From an uncultured Chloroflexia bacterium (GTDB taxonomy: Bacteria; Chloroflexota; Limnocylindria; Limnocylindrales; CSP1-4), in the NCBI GenBank assembly GCA_963809375.1, contig CAWEJO010000008.1:69075-133074 (forward strand): 64,000 bases of DNA, written 5' to 3'. The position numbers were made by a program, and so were the translations under genes. This document shows, piece by piece, positions 63,952 through 64,000 of this stretch. The notes under the pieces are model-generated. The model was not told where the DNA came from. It did not search any database and saw only the letters and a program-made list of their open reading frames with translations. Positions within the stretch are counted from its first letter, which is position 1. Each line of letters opens with the position of its first letter.

Positions 63952-64000
63952 GGATCGTCGTCTCGCCCGCCCCGACCGACACCGCCACCCACTCCACCAG

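Noticed and set aside
1-64000. HIP1-like GCGATCGC over-representation
   Set aside because: Explained by common Ala-Ile-Ala (GCG ATC GC) codons in high-GC genes; not tested statistically
1-64000. Mobile elements, prophage or anti-phage defence genes
   Set aside because: No transposase, integrase, phage or defence-type domains recognised, and no obvious composition shift by eye

Overview
Very GC-rich bacterial chromosomal segment with about 60 genes. By gene style it is most like Chloroflexota (Ca. Limnocylindria-type) or Actinomycetota; this is inference only. I found no mobile element, CRISPR array, rRNA or tRNA. About 20 genes carry single-base frameshifts that most likely come from long-read errors, so the ORF track splits or mis-fuses them. 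Contents in order: N-terminus of a large secreted protein (probable multicopper oxidase) divergent from an SCO-thioredoxin fusion; a NarL-type two-component system (TCS); a Ni/Co ECF transporter (M-N-Q-O) divergent from a Nur-like Fur regulator; fabI; an aldehyde dehydrogenase; an OmpR-regulated lipoprotein/adaptor/ABC module; an aminotransferase-CoA transferase operon; a PAS hybrid kinase; Usp and a Tat two-domain multicopper oxidase divergent from a DosS/DevR-like heme-GAF TCS; a candidate structured RNA; a NEW3/ABC operon; an acetyl-CoA hydrolase/transferase; a 2-oxoacid:ferredoxin oxidoreductase operon divergent from hypFCDE; an ArsR-DsrE-TusA-DsrE2-TusA-SQR sulfur-relay operon; and MMPL, PTE, Nudix, OsmC, YcaQ and MarR genes. 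The main leads are (1) a putative DosR/DevR-like hypoxia regulon read from recurrent palindromes before the copper oxidase, fermentation and hydrogenase-maturation genes, (2) a hyp cluster coupled to a sulfur relay with a shared operator motif, (3) pervasive leaderless promoters, (4) a Nur-type nickel module and (5) an unannotated rod-like RNA.
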